DNA of 61,310 nt, filler included, from Asterionella formosa (GCA_002256025.1; 13 parts of 13 records of this genome joined end to end with filler, not necessarily neighbours in it), one strand, 5' to 3'; positions 11,374 to 23,435 are shown, numbered from the whole stretch's first letter. Translations and numbers: made by a program. The notes: generated from the sequence alone by a model not told the origin.

Positions 11374-12042
11374 AACCCCTATGGACTGTATGGCAAGCCT
11401 ATTGTACTAACACATGTATAAGTATTACTCCTACATGTGTATTATCCGTTACGAAGAATCATGTACTCAATGTTTAACATATTGCATCAAGGCATTTATT
11501 AACACCATCATCAAGACGTGACTTCGCTATTAGTTGGGAAGGAACAACGATCTATAGCCCAATATACTGTAATCAACCTGCTAGTTGTCCTTATAAAGCA
11601 GAATATTATGAAACAGATCCACGGTGCATCAACATTTATAGCTATGTCCCCCTTCCTGAATTTTCTCTAAAACTTTTGGCACCTGCAACGCTCGTGGCCG
11701 TTCTCTCCAAAAATTTGGCCTTGGAGATCAAATGCTAATGCTCTTCACGAAAGGTGCACCTTGTCATTGAGATCAGCAATTTTTTTTAAAAGTTTCCTAT
11801 AAAAATCAAAGAAGATATCCTCACACAACATACGGACAACGAGGGAGAGCGAGGTGCGCCGAAAGACAGGGCAAAATGATGTAGGGTGTCTTGCACATTC
11901 CGTTGTGTCGTTCACTCCAAATGCCCCCTGTTACATTTGATATAGGAAATTTATTTGACAAAACTAAGTATTCCGTAGATTATTGTTTTCGGTTACATGC
12001 TTCGTATATACAAAAACTTTATTTGAAATGTGTGGTTCTACT

Positions 12043-13689
12043 CTATTTGTATTCTTCCCCTTGTTTGGCGTCTACCCTATGAAGACGCTTCCATACCAGT
12101 TCAAAGAAAGTTTTTCGCCATCCTGGTACAAGTCGAGGAGAGCGCCTCTTTTCTTCTTTTAACGACAATAATTCTGTTTTAATGGTAACAGAAACCTTCC
12201 GACACTTTAATAAATGAGCATGTATGTTTTGCGACGTCGAGTTGGTTCCAAGTGATTGACATGACAATGGAAAATATTTTCCTAATCCAGCATGGCCACT
12301 ACAATGTTTGCATTGAAATCCGGCAAAGCCCACAGGACCCTTGGATCGTGCTACAAAGCGATCGGATTCAGAAAAATTGCAACGTTCGACTTGGCGTAAT
12401 AAAAAGTACACATATGGTGGGATAATTTCTTGGTCCGTGGGAAGGCAGATATAGTTCGAATTGGTGTCGTCCGAAGGAGGTGTAATTGTATTGGGATCGG
12501 TACTACTTTGATTTTGGACTGTCGATGTTGTTGTATCCACATCCGCATTTGTAATGATATCATCTGATGGTGTCCAGTTGGTTGGGATACTAGGAGATCT
12601 TGAAAAACGAATGCCATCCACAGTGTCGATCATACCAAGTGCCTTGGCAGCGTCACTCCAATATTGACGAGTAGTGGGGATCCAGCTATTGACCGTTTGC
12701 AAATCATCCAAAGTCTTTTTGTGGTGGATGGGTACATCGGCACATTGCATCAAATGCAGTCGTTGCCATCGTTTCACAGATTCATAAATGCCGGCTGTAG
12801 ATGTTGGAAACGACACGGCTGCCACCGCTCGATCGTTCGATCGGTGAGCACAAAAGGTACATCGGATTCCCACTTGATCTTTGTAAATGCGACCACGTTT
12901 GGAAACTTGGGCCACATCATGTGATGTAGCCGAAAATGCTTCAACGCAATATAGCCGAATGTAAGAGTTGGACTGCGACAGCCACTCTGCGTCAGAATTT
13001 GGAATGGCAAGTGGGATAGATCCAGAAAACCATTGAGAGGGAGATGGCGGAGGTTTGGGAGCTTCGTCGCGTTTGTCTATTGGGAGATACGGAGCTTTCT
13101 TACAACAAAACTCTTCGTGATCACATGCTGCCTTGTAGGACGTGAACGATTCGGAATTGCAATAATCACATATCCATTTATCTTCCTTGGCAATGGGAGT
13201 TGAAACAGGCAAGGGTGGAGGCCCCATGAATCGCCTGTACATGTTGGGATGATATGGCACGTACGGAGAGCGAGGTTGTGGAAGTCGATAACGGTCAGGT
13301 ACTGCCATGGGTCTGATGCTTTGTTGGTGACGAGGCGGAGGCGGTGACATGTCAAAGTGAAAAGTCTTTTCATTTGCCTTTGACAATGGCGAAGGTGTGA
13401 TGGGAGGACGATGAATGACGCGTTCATCAAATGTATTTTCAGGTGATCTACCTTCATCTGCAAGACTACTGTTCCCGTGAACGAAGGCTTGTTTGGGCGA
13501 ATGCAATGCCAAGGAAGCTAGCGCGAGTGCCGACACTAGTTCATTTCGCTGAATGGGCGTATCCAAGACCTTTTGTCGCTTGGCCGATGCGACCATCATG
13601 TCCGAAGGGGAACGCTTTCTCATGCTTTCCATTGTTATTGTTGTTGTTGTCTTGTGTTTTTGTAATCGACTGCGGTTGTTTCTCTTCAT
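12043..13689 (-). CDS. Uncharacterised protein with tandem Cys/His domains, possible transcription regulator
   Basis: Intact ~550-aa ORF; WICDYC...A.DHE..C, QVGIRCTFC...FP...IY..VKRWQRLHL..C, GFQCKHC..GKYFP...HLLKC..FFELVWKRLH, a motif set common in diatom hypothetical proteins. Confidence 0.8.
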   Translation of the reverse strand: MKRNNRSRLQKHKTTTTITMESMRKRSPSDMMVASAKRQKVLDTPIQRNELVSALALASLALHSPKQAFVHGNSSLADEGRSPENTFDERVIHRPPITPSPLSKANEKTFHFDMSPPPPRHQQSIRPMAVPDRYRLPQPRSPYVPYHPNMYRRFMGPPPLPVSTPIAKEDKWICDYCNSESFTSYKAACDHEEFCCKKAPYLPIDKRDEAPKPPPSPSQWFSGSIPLAIPNSDAEWLSQSNSYIRLYCVEAFSATSHDVAQVSKRGRIYKDQVGIRCTFCAHRSNDRAVAAVSFPTSTAGIYESVKRWQRLHLMQCADVPIHHKKTLDDLQTVNSWIPTTRQYWSDAAKALGMIDTVDGIRFSRSPSIPTNWTPSDDIITNADVDTTTSTVQNQSSTDPNTITPPSDDTNSNYICLPTDQEIIPPYVYFLLRQVERCNFSESDRFVARSKGPVGFAGFQCKHCSGHAGLGKYFPLSCQSLGTNSTSQNIHAHLLKCRKVSVTIKTELLSLKEEKRRSPRLVPGWRKTFFELVWKRLHRVDAKQGEEYK

Positions 13690-15094
13690 ATGCAACTTGG
13701 AGAATTATGAGTTTATATGGGATCTAAACGGTGGCCGATGCGTAAAAGGGTGTGTGTGTTGATTGAATTTTGTTCCTTGAAACAGTTGGATAGTGAAATG
13801 TGGGGCACAAATTCCATAAATTTGACTTGGAGCAGCTCTGTCCTGCCGTTGTATGGACAGATATGGAAACGAGTACGAGGTCCATGCCAAGATCGCCTCC
13901 AATATTTTTTCGGTACCCTCTTGCATTGGATAAAAGGGTGCAACATCGTTTCTCGTCCATGTGCGTTGAAGGGAAATGTGAGCAATGTGATGTGCGCCAA
14001 GACAAAAAGCCGATGCATCGATCGGCTTGAATTGTCATCATTTGTGTGTGCTTTAATCATGTGGGAGTTGTGCTCCATAGTACACCATAACACGCGNNNN
14101 NNNNNNNNNNNNNNNNNNNNNNNNNNNNNNNNNNNNNNNNTTAATTAATTAANNNNNNNNNNNNNNNNNNNNNNNNNNNNNNNNNNNNNNNNNNNNTTCC
14201 CGGTACCACAAACAAGACAAGCCATACTTACCCGCTTGGGAGAGACCTCACACCGAGGAGACCAGCAGGCGCCAGCAGAAGAGATCAAAACTGCTGTGGT
14301 TCTTGCTGCGAGTCCAATCCCCCCTATTCTCCCCCCTTGGCCTGGAGTTGACAATTGTGCTGGCACATACGGGGGAAATTGAAATTCCAGCCGCACTGCC
14401 TTGCATGATTCGGGCAAGGAAGAATATGAAGGGTGGCTGGCTGAGAGGAGAAATATGAAGGAAGCGACGAAACAAGGAGGCGGAAGCGGAAGCGGAGCAA
14501 GGTGGAGGCAAAGGTGGAGAAGCAAACAAGCAATCAAACAAAAAATTCTCGCTTGGTTGACATCTGTCATAGTAGTAATACCAAACCAGTAGCCTGATGT
14601 AAGCAGAACACTAATTAGTGACAAACGTAAATAATCCCTATATAAATCTATATCAAACCATCATCAAAACGAATGAAAGTAAGAGTATTGACACAAAAAC
14701 TGAAATAATATTTGAGTTAAAACGCAAACGCATTATTATTTAAGGTTTAAAAAATGAAAACAATGAATAATAAATGGGTAGATGATGCAACGGACAAATA
14801 ATATTGTGGCAGGAAAAAGCTTTAGAGTGAACAATAGGGTAATCGAAACCAGAATTTGAATATAAAATTTTCTTCAGGTACGTAGTAAAAAATATGTATT
14901 GATAGTCATACAAAACGACCATAATCATCAACTTTAAAAACTTCATATCTCTTGAATTATGAAGCTTCATTACTAATTAAACAGACCTATTGAAAGCGGA
15001 GAGCCTGTTCTACATTTAGCTACGTACTTGATTTGTTGTCACCATGAAATTTGACTAAAATAGTTTGAGTCGAAACATGGGGTAAACTTTATAT

Positions 15095-15113
15095 GACTCT
15101 CAGTTTTTAGGTG
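15095..15113 (-). mobile_element. Isolated terminal inverted repeat of the same family as the 21177-22174 element
   Basis: GACTCTCAGTTTTTAGGTG is the reverse complement of CACCTAAAAACTGAGAGTC. Confidence 0.6.
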
Positions 15114-15819
15114 GTACCTGGTACCAGGACCTTAGAATGTGTCTAACGGTATCTTTTTCTTTCATCGTGCTACGAGGTACTGGTACTTGGTCCTACCAGG
15201 TACTCCTACCAGGTACTGGTACTGGTACCTGGTTGTAGACTACGGTGGTACGCATCCTGGAAGGTCCGGTACCACACGTGTTATGCGCATCTTTTCAGTG
15301 GCAATTCGATCATATCATTGTTATTGTCAGTGTGATTGACGTATGCACAGCTGTACCATCTGTCCTACATACCTACAGTTGCATATTACATCAAGCATAC
15401 ATAGGAGTCATAATTTTGCATGTCGCTCATCTCTTTTTGCCGGTATTGCATTGACTGGTTTTTACTGAGCCCTTTTGCATTTGCTTGAGGAATCCTACTT
15501 CTTCGCTTCTGTTTTGGATTACCTTACTTTTTCACGTGATTTCCCCCAACACAGACTGTTAGCATAAGTAGAATGCAGATTCCATTTTGTGCTCACACAA
15601 GCTACCTGTATGAGGTAAATTTGTTGTGCCTAATAATACCTTTGTTTTGCATAGTATTTTGTCGATCCTAGTATCGAAAAATCAACTAAAATAATGAAAT
15701 CGTTACCCTATCGTAAGACTACTGGAATTGCAAAGACAATAAAATATTGTCCATGACTTTCCCAGTGCTCCTGTACTAAATTTCTTCTCAAAGTGTAGAA
15801 AAGGCAACTTGAAACCCCC

Positions 15820-16857
15820 TCAAGGCCCATCTCCCTTCTTCATTAAATTACTTTCTGAATGCAACTTGGCACCAATACCCATGCGATTCGTGATTTCCTT
15901 TTTCTGTTTACGAGCCCTCAAGGAGTTAACTGCTGCATTCCGAAGTGCAGCTATTCCTTTGGATACGCGCCTGAATCCAGATGTTATTGGATAAACAAAT
16001 GTAGAGGACGATGGAGCTGCATCTGGGACACTGCATCTTAATGGCAATGTTTCACCCAAGGATTGTGCTACCGCCCATTCAGCATTCGCGGAATCCAAGA
16101 TTTGATAATCATTCTGATACTCTACCAAAAAGCGGCCTTTCCAATGATCATGCACTACTTGGATCAAGTCTCGTACAATCAATAACCGTTGGTCGGGCGA
16201 TGATGACGCCTTATAGCGGGCTGTTGTTGTGTCAATCATGATTTGAAAGCGAGCGCTCCCAATATTTTGAGTTCTGGAACTCAAAGCCGAAGAATCTGGT
16301 CCAAAGATAACATCCATGCCGTTGCATTCTTGAATAATGCGATTATCTGACGACACTTGCTGAGTACATGAGGGTTCCACAAATCCCGTATTGAGAATAG
16401 ATTCTGAAATGGAACGACGCAGCCGAGCATAAGATCCTCTTCGTCTTCGTTTCAAGGCAGCGTCTTGATCATCAATAGTTGTTGCTTCTGGTGACGCTCC
16501 ATGAAAGATTAGTTTGACGCTCCTGTCACGCATCGAAAGAGCTTGATGAACTCGAAGACTTGCCATGTGTCCCTCACCAAGATTCAACCAGACATCTTCG
16601 CCGTCAATGGGATTCTTGATGTGTTCCAAAAAGCGTCCATTGGGGACGCACTTGTGACAGACAATTTCCACCAGCGTGTCGACGATACGGTCGCAGTCCT
16701 CGCTTCGACCTTGCGCCTTGGCTTTGGAATAAGCGTCTTGATGAAGATTGAGAAACACTTCAAAGCGCTTGTTTCCGACATGATTCCCGTCGATTAAATG
16801 GAACGTGTCATCGTCAGACCATTCAATGAGAACGTCGTAATTGGTTATTTGCAACAT
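15820..16857 (-). CDS. Protein with two DUF6824-like domains
   Basis: Two copies of DV(L/I)...(H/N)(V/I)G(N/S)xRF...Y..A....IV..L...V....GRFL; first ATG at 16857. Confidence 0.75.
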   Translation of the reverse strand: MLQITNYDVLIEWSDDDTFHLIDGNHVGNKRFEVFLNLHQDAYSKAKAQGRSEDCDRIVDTLVEIVCHKCVPNGRFLEHIKNPIDGEDVWLNLGEGHMASLRVHQALSMRDRSVKLIFHGASPEATTIDDQDAALKRRRRGSYARLRRSISESILNTGFVEPSCTQQVSSDNRIIQECNGMDVIFGPDSSALSSRTQNIGSARFQIMIDTTTARYKASSSPDQRLLIVRDLIQVVHDHWKGRFLVEYQNDYQILDSANAEWAVAQSLGETLPLRCSVPDAAPSSSTFVYPITSGFRRVSKGIAALRNAAVNSLRARKQKKEITNRMGIGAKLHSESNLMKKGDGP

Positions 16858-17417
16858 GAAGTTCTGCACAACAAAACAGACATAAACAATTCACACTGAA
16901 GAAAACTCTTGAGAGTGTCGTGTGGAGAGGATCTTGTCAGCTCAGTCTGAAATTAGAGACGAGTTAATCTACCACCGGCTTGTTTTGTGAGGGGAGTGAG
17001 GTTGACTTCGCTTGAGCGACATACATTTGCTCCCTGTGATTCAAATTTATAAGTCCTTGTCGTCGTCATTCGTTCTCACTGTGTTTGAAAAATCCCACAT
17101 ATTTTGTAATCCGAATTGGGTTTTGGTGGCATGCGCTGTGCAGGAATCCAAGTTCTTGCATGCAACATGAATATCGCAAGCAAATATGGGTAGCTTCCCG
17201 GTAACCAGGTAGTTTGGAATTGTGATTATTCCAGTATGCTGTTACTGCTACCAAAGCAGTATTCTCATTCTCAGTCACTCATTCGCGCTTGCGTGGATTT
17301 TTTTGGGGCCCAGTATACCGGGCATATGAGAACGAAGGATGCAGCAGGCAATCATGGGAGCTACATAAATACGGTCTCTGGTACTGGTAGCTATGTACAA
17401 AAGTGATGATGTGATAC

Positions 17418-17820
17418 TACATAGCTACCGTTTTTTTTCGTTTCTGGTGTTGCTAGCCTACATAGTAAGCACGCTTCCAATGCGTTAAAAGACATGCCGG
17501 ATTTTCTGTAAGATTCCTCAAAGACCAGTATACGCACTGGCAAAATTTTAGAACAGTGTGGTATTTGGAATATAGAATGACAGTATACTGGAGTACTGAT
17601 CTTGCGTCTGGAGCAGTATGATTATTCAATACTGGCCCGCTGGAAGGAGTACGGACCATTTCAACAACTACCGGTACATAGCTACCGTTTTTTTTTTCGT
17701 TTCTGGTGTTGCTAGCCTACATAGTAAGCACGCTTCCAATGCGTTAAAAGACATGCCGGATTTTCTTGAAGATTCCTGAAAGACTAGTATATTCACTGGC
17801 AAAATTTTAGAACAGTGTGG
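17418..17820 (+). repeat. ~144-bp direct repeat (17418-17561 and 17675-17820) enclosing an LTR-like unit TGTTG...CAACA (17448-17666)
   Basis: Near-identical copies; the unit ends GCCCGCTGGAAGGAGTACGGACCATTTCAA, which recurs at 18611-18640 just before copia gag. Confidence 0.75.
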
Positions 17821-17823
17821 AGT

Positions 17824-17950
17824 GGGCTCGTTAGTACAAGTGGTACGAGGAAGTACGTGAAAACCAGAGGTCGACAGTTCGAGTCCCTCAGCAAGAACAG
17901 AAAGAAAAAAAAAGAAGAGAAAAAAAGAAAAACAGAGACGAAGAAAACGA
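17824..17950 (+). other. tRNA-derived sequence with Pol III A/B boxes followed by an A-rich tail (SINE-like)
   Basis: A-box TAGTACAAGTGG (17832-17843), B-box GTTCGAGTC (17877-17885), A/G-rich tract ~17893-17950; cloverleaf stems not intact. Confidence 0.45.
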
Positions 17951-18038
17951 GAAGGCACTATGAGAATTCCTGTAGGAAAGGATGTGTCGAGCATACACAT
18001 TAGGATGATGTGGTTAGTCGAGCATCAACAGGGGAGGG

Positions 18039-18232
18039 TGTCAGAGTGTTTCTGTTAGGCTGTTGATGTTGACAGGTGTCCGAAGACTAGGTAGTCTGAG
18101 GAATGTCTAAACGGAAATAGACAGGATTTATATAGCAGAAGAATCTGCAGACGAGCGGTGTGAGAAAGATCTTGACCGGTCATTCCAGGGCAGTGCTGGA
18201 GCGCGCTAGAGTAGGCGCCATATATTTTAACA
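18039..18232 (+). mobile_element. Retrotransposon 3' LTR preceded by a polypurine tract
   Basis: AGGGGAGGG then TGTCAGAG...TTTTAACA (TG..CA); homologous copy on the minus strand at 60671-60865. Confidence 0.75.
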
Positions 18233-18826
18233 TGTCAAGAATATTAGCCCGAGTCACAAGGATTGTGGACTCGATTGTGATCGAACGAGTCGAATATTGC
18301 ATTGCCACGTCAATCAGCTGTCTAACGAGATCAAAGATTGAAGAATTCTATGGAAATGTTAAGTGGAAACTCGAAGAGAGTCTTAGAACGACTTTGCAGG
18401 AAGCAACGATGCATGGAAAGAAAACTTTTAGTTTAGCTTATAATTTAATTTGAGTTTTAGATTATCAACCGAGGAAAGAGTGTGTTAATTGACAGGAAGG
18501 TCAATTAGTCTATCTAGCAGGCAGGAAGGCTAGAAGCAGAGACAAGAGAGAAAGTAAGTGGTACTAGGTAGTACTACGATCACGTAAGAGTCTACGTGAA
18601 GAGAGACCCAGCCCGCAGGAAGGAGTACGGACCATTTCAATACGCTTGAAAGCGGATAGGTTTGAAAGGGTACTCAAGATGGGAATTGACGACAAATCGT
18701 CAGGAGTGCGGTTGCCAACATTTGATGGTACCGATGCCAAGTGGCATGTTTGGAAAGCGAAGTTTGTGGCCTATGCCTGCTACAAAGGTTTTGAAGGAAT
18801 CCTAAATGGAGATGAAGTATCACCAG
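18233..18826 (+). mobile_element. 5' end of a Ty1/copia (CoDi-like) element: probable LTR to ~18640 and gag start at 18679, cut by the contig end
   Basis: MGIDDKSSGVRLPTFDGTDAKWHVWKAKFVAYACYKGFEGILNGDE is a typical copia Gag N-terminus; 5' boundary uncertain. Confidence 0.75.
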
Positions 18827-21176
18827 NNNNNNNNNNNNNNNNNNNNNNNNNNNNNNNNNNNNNNNNNNNNTTAATTAATTAANNNNNNNNNNNNNNNNNN
18901 NNNNNNNNNNNNNNNNNNNNNNNNNNATTTTGACGCTTAGAAAGTCATGATAAAAGTTTGCAACAATGCAGTCGTACATCAGCCATCTGCTTACTTCATA
19001 ATAATTAGTTGAACTTTTTGTGCACCCTCTAACTGTATCCCCATAGAAGGATCAGTAGTTATCGATAGAACATGCTTCAAGTTATGCTGCTGCCGATTGA
19101 CGAATCCAATGCCCCAGCGTGATAGGTAGACATCAGTTCAATTTCACCACACCACTATGTAACATGAAAAACTTGATTCCATTATTCCTTTTGGATTTTT
19201 TGTGAAATATGTCACAATGGAAACTAGTAGACATGAATTATTAATACCATGTAACTGCCATGAACTAGTCATTGTGATGACAGGATAATTCCTCCCCTCA
19301 ACATTTTGTGTTTGCGAGTCCAGACAGATGTGAAACATATTCCATAGTTAATTAGTTGACGAAAAATGCAACTAGCTAAAAATCTAAGACGGAATAGTAA
19401 TGCAGTTGGCTTTTTTCAATAATAGAAAACTCTTGACTTACTTAGCTCCCCCTTCCAGGATTTTTGTTTCTTGCTAAGATGGGATGTAAGTTCTTGGCCT
19501 CCTTTCAAGTTTAGATGAAAGAGATATAAATCTCGGAAACAAATGAATTCTTGGTAGAGGAGCTTGTCATTACTTTGGTCGTTTTGATCTTTTCTCGTGC
19601 CTTTCAGTGATGGTGGTCAAGAAAGGTAAAACCTTTGGATTACCATTTGAACTCCATTCTTATTCAAAATTGAACACCACAAAGCAAGTTATTGTGTCAC
19701 ATTCTTTGTGTTTAAAAGTGGACATGCGAAGTGGGTATTATTGGGAAGGTATTTTTGCGTTAAGTGACTTGTGATGAGTAACTCAATAACTGTGAGAGCT
19801 GGCTGTGTCCATAGTCATGATGTCTCCATCGTCGTCTGTGAGATCGTCTCTCTGCCAACGTATTTCTTTTTTTCTGCTTACCTATTTTGTTTTGCTGTGA
19901 CCAGGAGTGCCTCCTCACAAAGATTGCATTTTACTTTATGTGTGTCATCCAGTGAGTTCTTGCGTTAGGTAGGAGCTCTCCTTAAAAATTGAGGAACTTT
20001 GGAGGTTGATAACGTCCTCCCCGGCTGAACTTTTAGACTTCAAGTGTTGGATAGCTGTCGGGGCGGTGAATAAACCCTTCAAGAAGTACATGCGGGGATA
20101 CTGAGAAGACCACATCTTCACCAATTTATAAAATAACAAGGACCACAATACACAATGGGTAGTAGAAATGGCATGGGCTAGTGTTTCAATTGGAACAATG
20201 ATCACCACTACATGGAGGAATATTGGATTTGTGGGGTTTGCTGGTATTAATTAGTATTCAAATAGTATAGGATCAGATCATTGTTTGATAATCTTTTAAA
20301 TTTAGTGAAGCAATCATTACCATCATTTAGGTGCATGACAGCAAGCAAAGTCTAGTCAAATAAATTATGTTGACAACTACAAAATAACTAAAACGAAGTG
20401 ATTCTAGTTTTGAAAATGCTACGTTCTAGTAAGACTTATCTTGTCTAGATTGATTGAGGGAGTTAAAGAAGGCTCCCCCCGATTTTCTAGTTTAGCTATT
20501 TTGCACTGAATATCAAAGCTAGTTCCACGATTCTTTCCATACTTAAATAGCGATACTTGCATTCTATCTAAGCAAATAAAAATGTGTTAAGGAAGTTGTA
20601 CACAATTCAAATCATCTTATCATGGTCATATCATGATTATGGGGAATTTTTTTATCGTCGATTCATTGCATAAATGTATAGAACATGCCTGTTGTTAGCT
20701 CTATGTATGCTCATATGTACAGCCACTTGCACTTGTATGAAATGCAGGCATGTAAACCTGCAGATTTCTGGAATACGGAGTTTTGTCACCCAGAGTTGAG
20801 ATTTGGGGCCCCCCATTATAGCAAGGTTTGGGAAACTGGTTTTCTCAGAAAATCATTCTATTAGTTTGATTTTAATGTATTGAAATTCATTGGTCCAGAA
20901 AGAAACTGCTTTGAATATTCAAATTTGATTGTCTGTCCGGGGACACATTTTCAGTTTCGGGAAAATGACTGTAACTTGTTGCTGGTACCTAGTTGATTGG
21001 ACTGTTCTTGGTGATGACATGGAGTGTATGATGTGGCGTTCTGTATCATTTCTCCAGCAACCACGACCGCAAATGATAATGGTGGTACTAGTATGCATGC
21101 GCGCATCTATATAGAACTTTCCTACAGCGACCTACTTACCTACATCCAGCACCCTAGCTGAATGTATGTACAGTAC

Positions 21177-22174
21177 TACCTAAAAACTGAGAGTCTTCCT
21201 TATTTTACGACTCTATGAGCGATACGAATTCAAAATATTTTAGTCCTATTGCATGGTAAAGTTTAAGCTAGTAAGTAGCTTATTCTAACTGTTTCTCACA
21301 TGTTCCACTAGCTAATAAGTATGATCATAACTTGGATGACACTCACATTGCTTTCTTCTTGAGATATCAAGAAGGTTTTTATTCCGTCTTTTGTAAATGA
21401 TGATATATCATACTAGAACAGTGTGTCTGTTCGAAACAATGGCACCTTGACACATATCTAATTGAATGGAGTAGTAGTTTTGTTTCATAATATTGTAGCA
21501 AAAAAGTATTAATAACATAGCATCAAGTTAAAAAATAAAAATCATATTTTTTCCAATAATTGTCATGATTTTGCCAGTGGCAAAGGGTGGATTGAAACAA
21601 TTAATGTATGTCATATCATACCAGTATATTTAAATTATACTGGTAAACTTTTGCTGGTACATATGTTCATGTACAGTTGTCGCTCATATCGCCTTGGCTG
21701 TTCTTTTCATCATCACCAACATGATATATGATAAGCAAGAACAAGTGATTGTATTTATGTATTGCACACAAGGAGTGGAAAACTCCAATGAGTCAATATA
21801 AGAAAATACATATAGCAACAAATGAAACTAAATAATTAACAAAATAATACTAAAAAATTAAGTTGCTCAACTTTGCTGTAAGTGTCTAAAAGGTAAGGCC
21901 AGCTCAACAGGGTAATCTGATTTGACCCAAATTCTGGCGACTGCAAGCAACCTTTCAACCTGTATTTCTCAAGAATGGTGGCCACAAATCGCTAGTGTCA
22001 ACACAAATTGCTCCTCCATACATGCCAAGTGAGAACAACTTTATCTGAACCCGAATCAACATGTCTCTAATATTCATCCCAAAACATGTGATTACCCTGT
22101 TGAAGGATGGTGGCTACAGGTCCTATCATCAGTAAAGAAGGCCCATAGTTAGGATAACTCTCAGTTTTTAGGAG
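21177..22174. mobile_element. ~1 kb non-autonomous TIR DNA transposon
   Basis: Perfect 16-bp inverted repeat CCTAAAAACTGAGAGT (21179-21194) / ACTCTCAGTTTTTAGG (22157-22172), imperfect extension inward; CAGTAC on both flanks (21171-21176, 22175-22180); no long ORF. Confidence 0.7.
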
Positions 22175-23065
22175 CAGTACTGGTACCAGGGTACCAGTAC
22201 CAGTACTGAATACTGATAATGGTTTATCTACCGGTACATGCACGCAAGCTTGACATCGTGCTAATTATGGCTTAAGTCATTGCTAGTTATACAACCGGTA
22301 CGTACAGTACGGTAGTCTACCGGTACTGGAGTATTAAATACAATAACAGATACCGGTAGTGAATGTATGATATGTGTGTACCGGTAGCCGTTCAAATTAC
22401 CGGGATATGAAACACTAGAAGTATTCCACGGTAGACCCACAGCCCGAGAGTACAAGTAAACTTATGGGTGTGTATACAGGTACCTGGTACCTGGTACCAG
22501 GGTACTGGTAGTCGATCGAGCATCAACATACACCATAGTGTAGGTGCCTTGTACCAGTACCTGTTACCTGGTACCATGCCCGGGTCTATGTACATGCAGG
22601 AGGTTTTTTTTTAAAAACGTCGTAGTGAACAGCGTTATGTATAGTGTTTTAACGTGTACTCCAGCCTTCAGCCATTATTTTAGTTGTCGTACTTTTAGGA
22701 ACCTGTGAAATGTATTCAGGTGGTCGTTTGTGTACCGGTATGTGTACTACAAGCAAAAACTTCTGGCAATTACATACAGGCAGCCAGCCAGGAATTGAGA
22801 AGTGCCGATTACAATTAGGTAGGAGTGAGTACCAGATACCCTGGCCCTGGATTACGGTACTCCGAGTAGGTACCTGGTACCAGTGGTGACGAGTACTCCG
22901 AGGACCTGTTCCTTGTACCAGGTTCCAGGCACCTGGTACCAGTACCATGAGGTAGGTACCGGTACCTGTTACCTGGTACCATGTACCAGGTACAACTATC
23001 ATAATGATGTACTCCGAGTACCGGTACATGTGCTTATGTTAGAAACCTACGCGGTACCTGGTACA
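22175..23065. repeat. Dense cluster of short palindromes (GGTACC, ACCGGT, CCWGG, TACCTGGTACCAGG)
   Basis: Dozens of copies visible; similar clusters at ~210-320, 15113-15240, 29580-29620, 35060-35120, 53231-53720. Confidence 0.8.
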
Positions 23066-23435
23066 ACGTCAAACTTTAAATATACCCTTCCGGAACAATT
23101 CTCGTTTCGTCTAGGATTGGAACCTCCTGGTTGCAGAAACTCCTCTGCCTATAAATCATGTACTCCACATTCCTTCTCGTCGTTAAACTGAAAGAAGTTA
23201 AACTTCCTGCAGCATCACTTTCGCTTGTAAAAGATGTTCCTTCCTGCTGCTGGTAGAACTTGCTGGTGGTATTGAGGCTACCAGGTACATTGTTATATAC
23301 CGTGTGTTTTAAGGGAAATGTACGGCAGTATGTAGAAGAAAAGCAACTGATCGCGAGGTGCGATTCCTCATCATCTCACAATTCACAACATTGGCAATTT
23401 ATCAATTCACCTTTTCACTACTAATTACTACCACC

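Noticed and set aside
14223..14235. ATACTTACC resembling the U1 snRNA 5' end
   Set aside because: Not followed by TGG or U1 stem-loops; better read as a minus-strand splice donor
19144..20208. Short ORFs in AT-rich, CpG-poor sequence
   Set aside because: No recognisable motifs; probably decayed repeat or non-coding DNA
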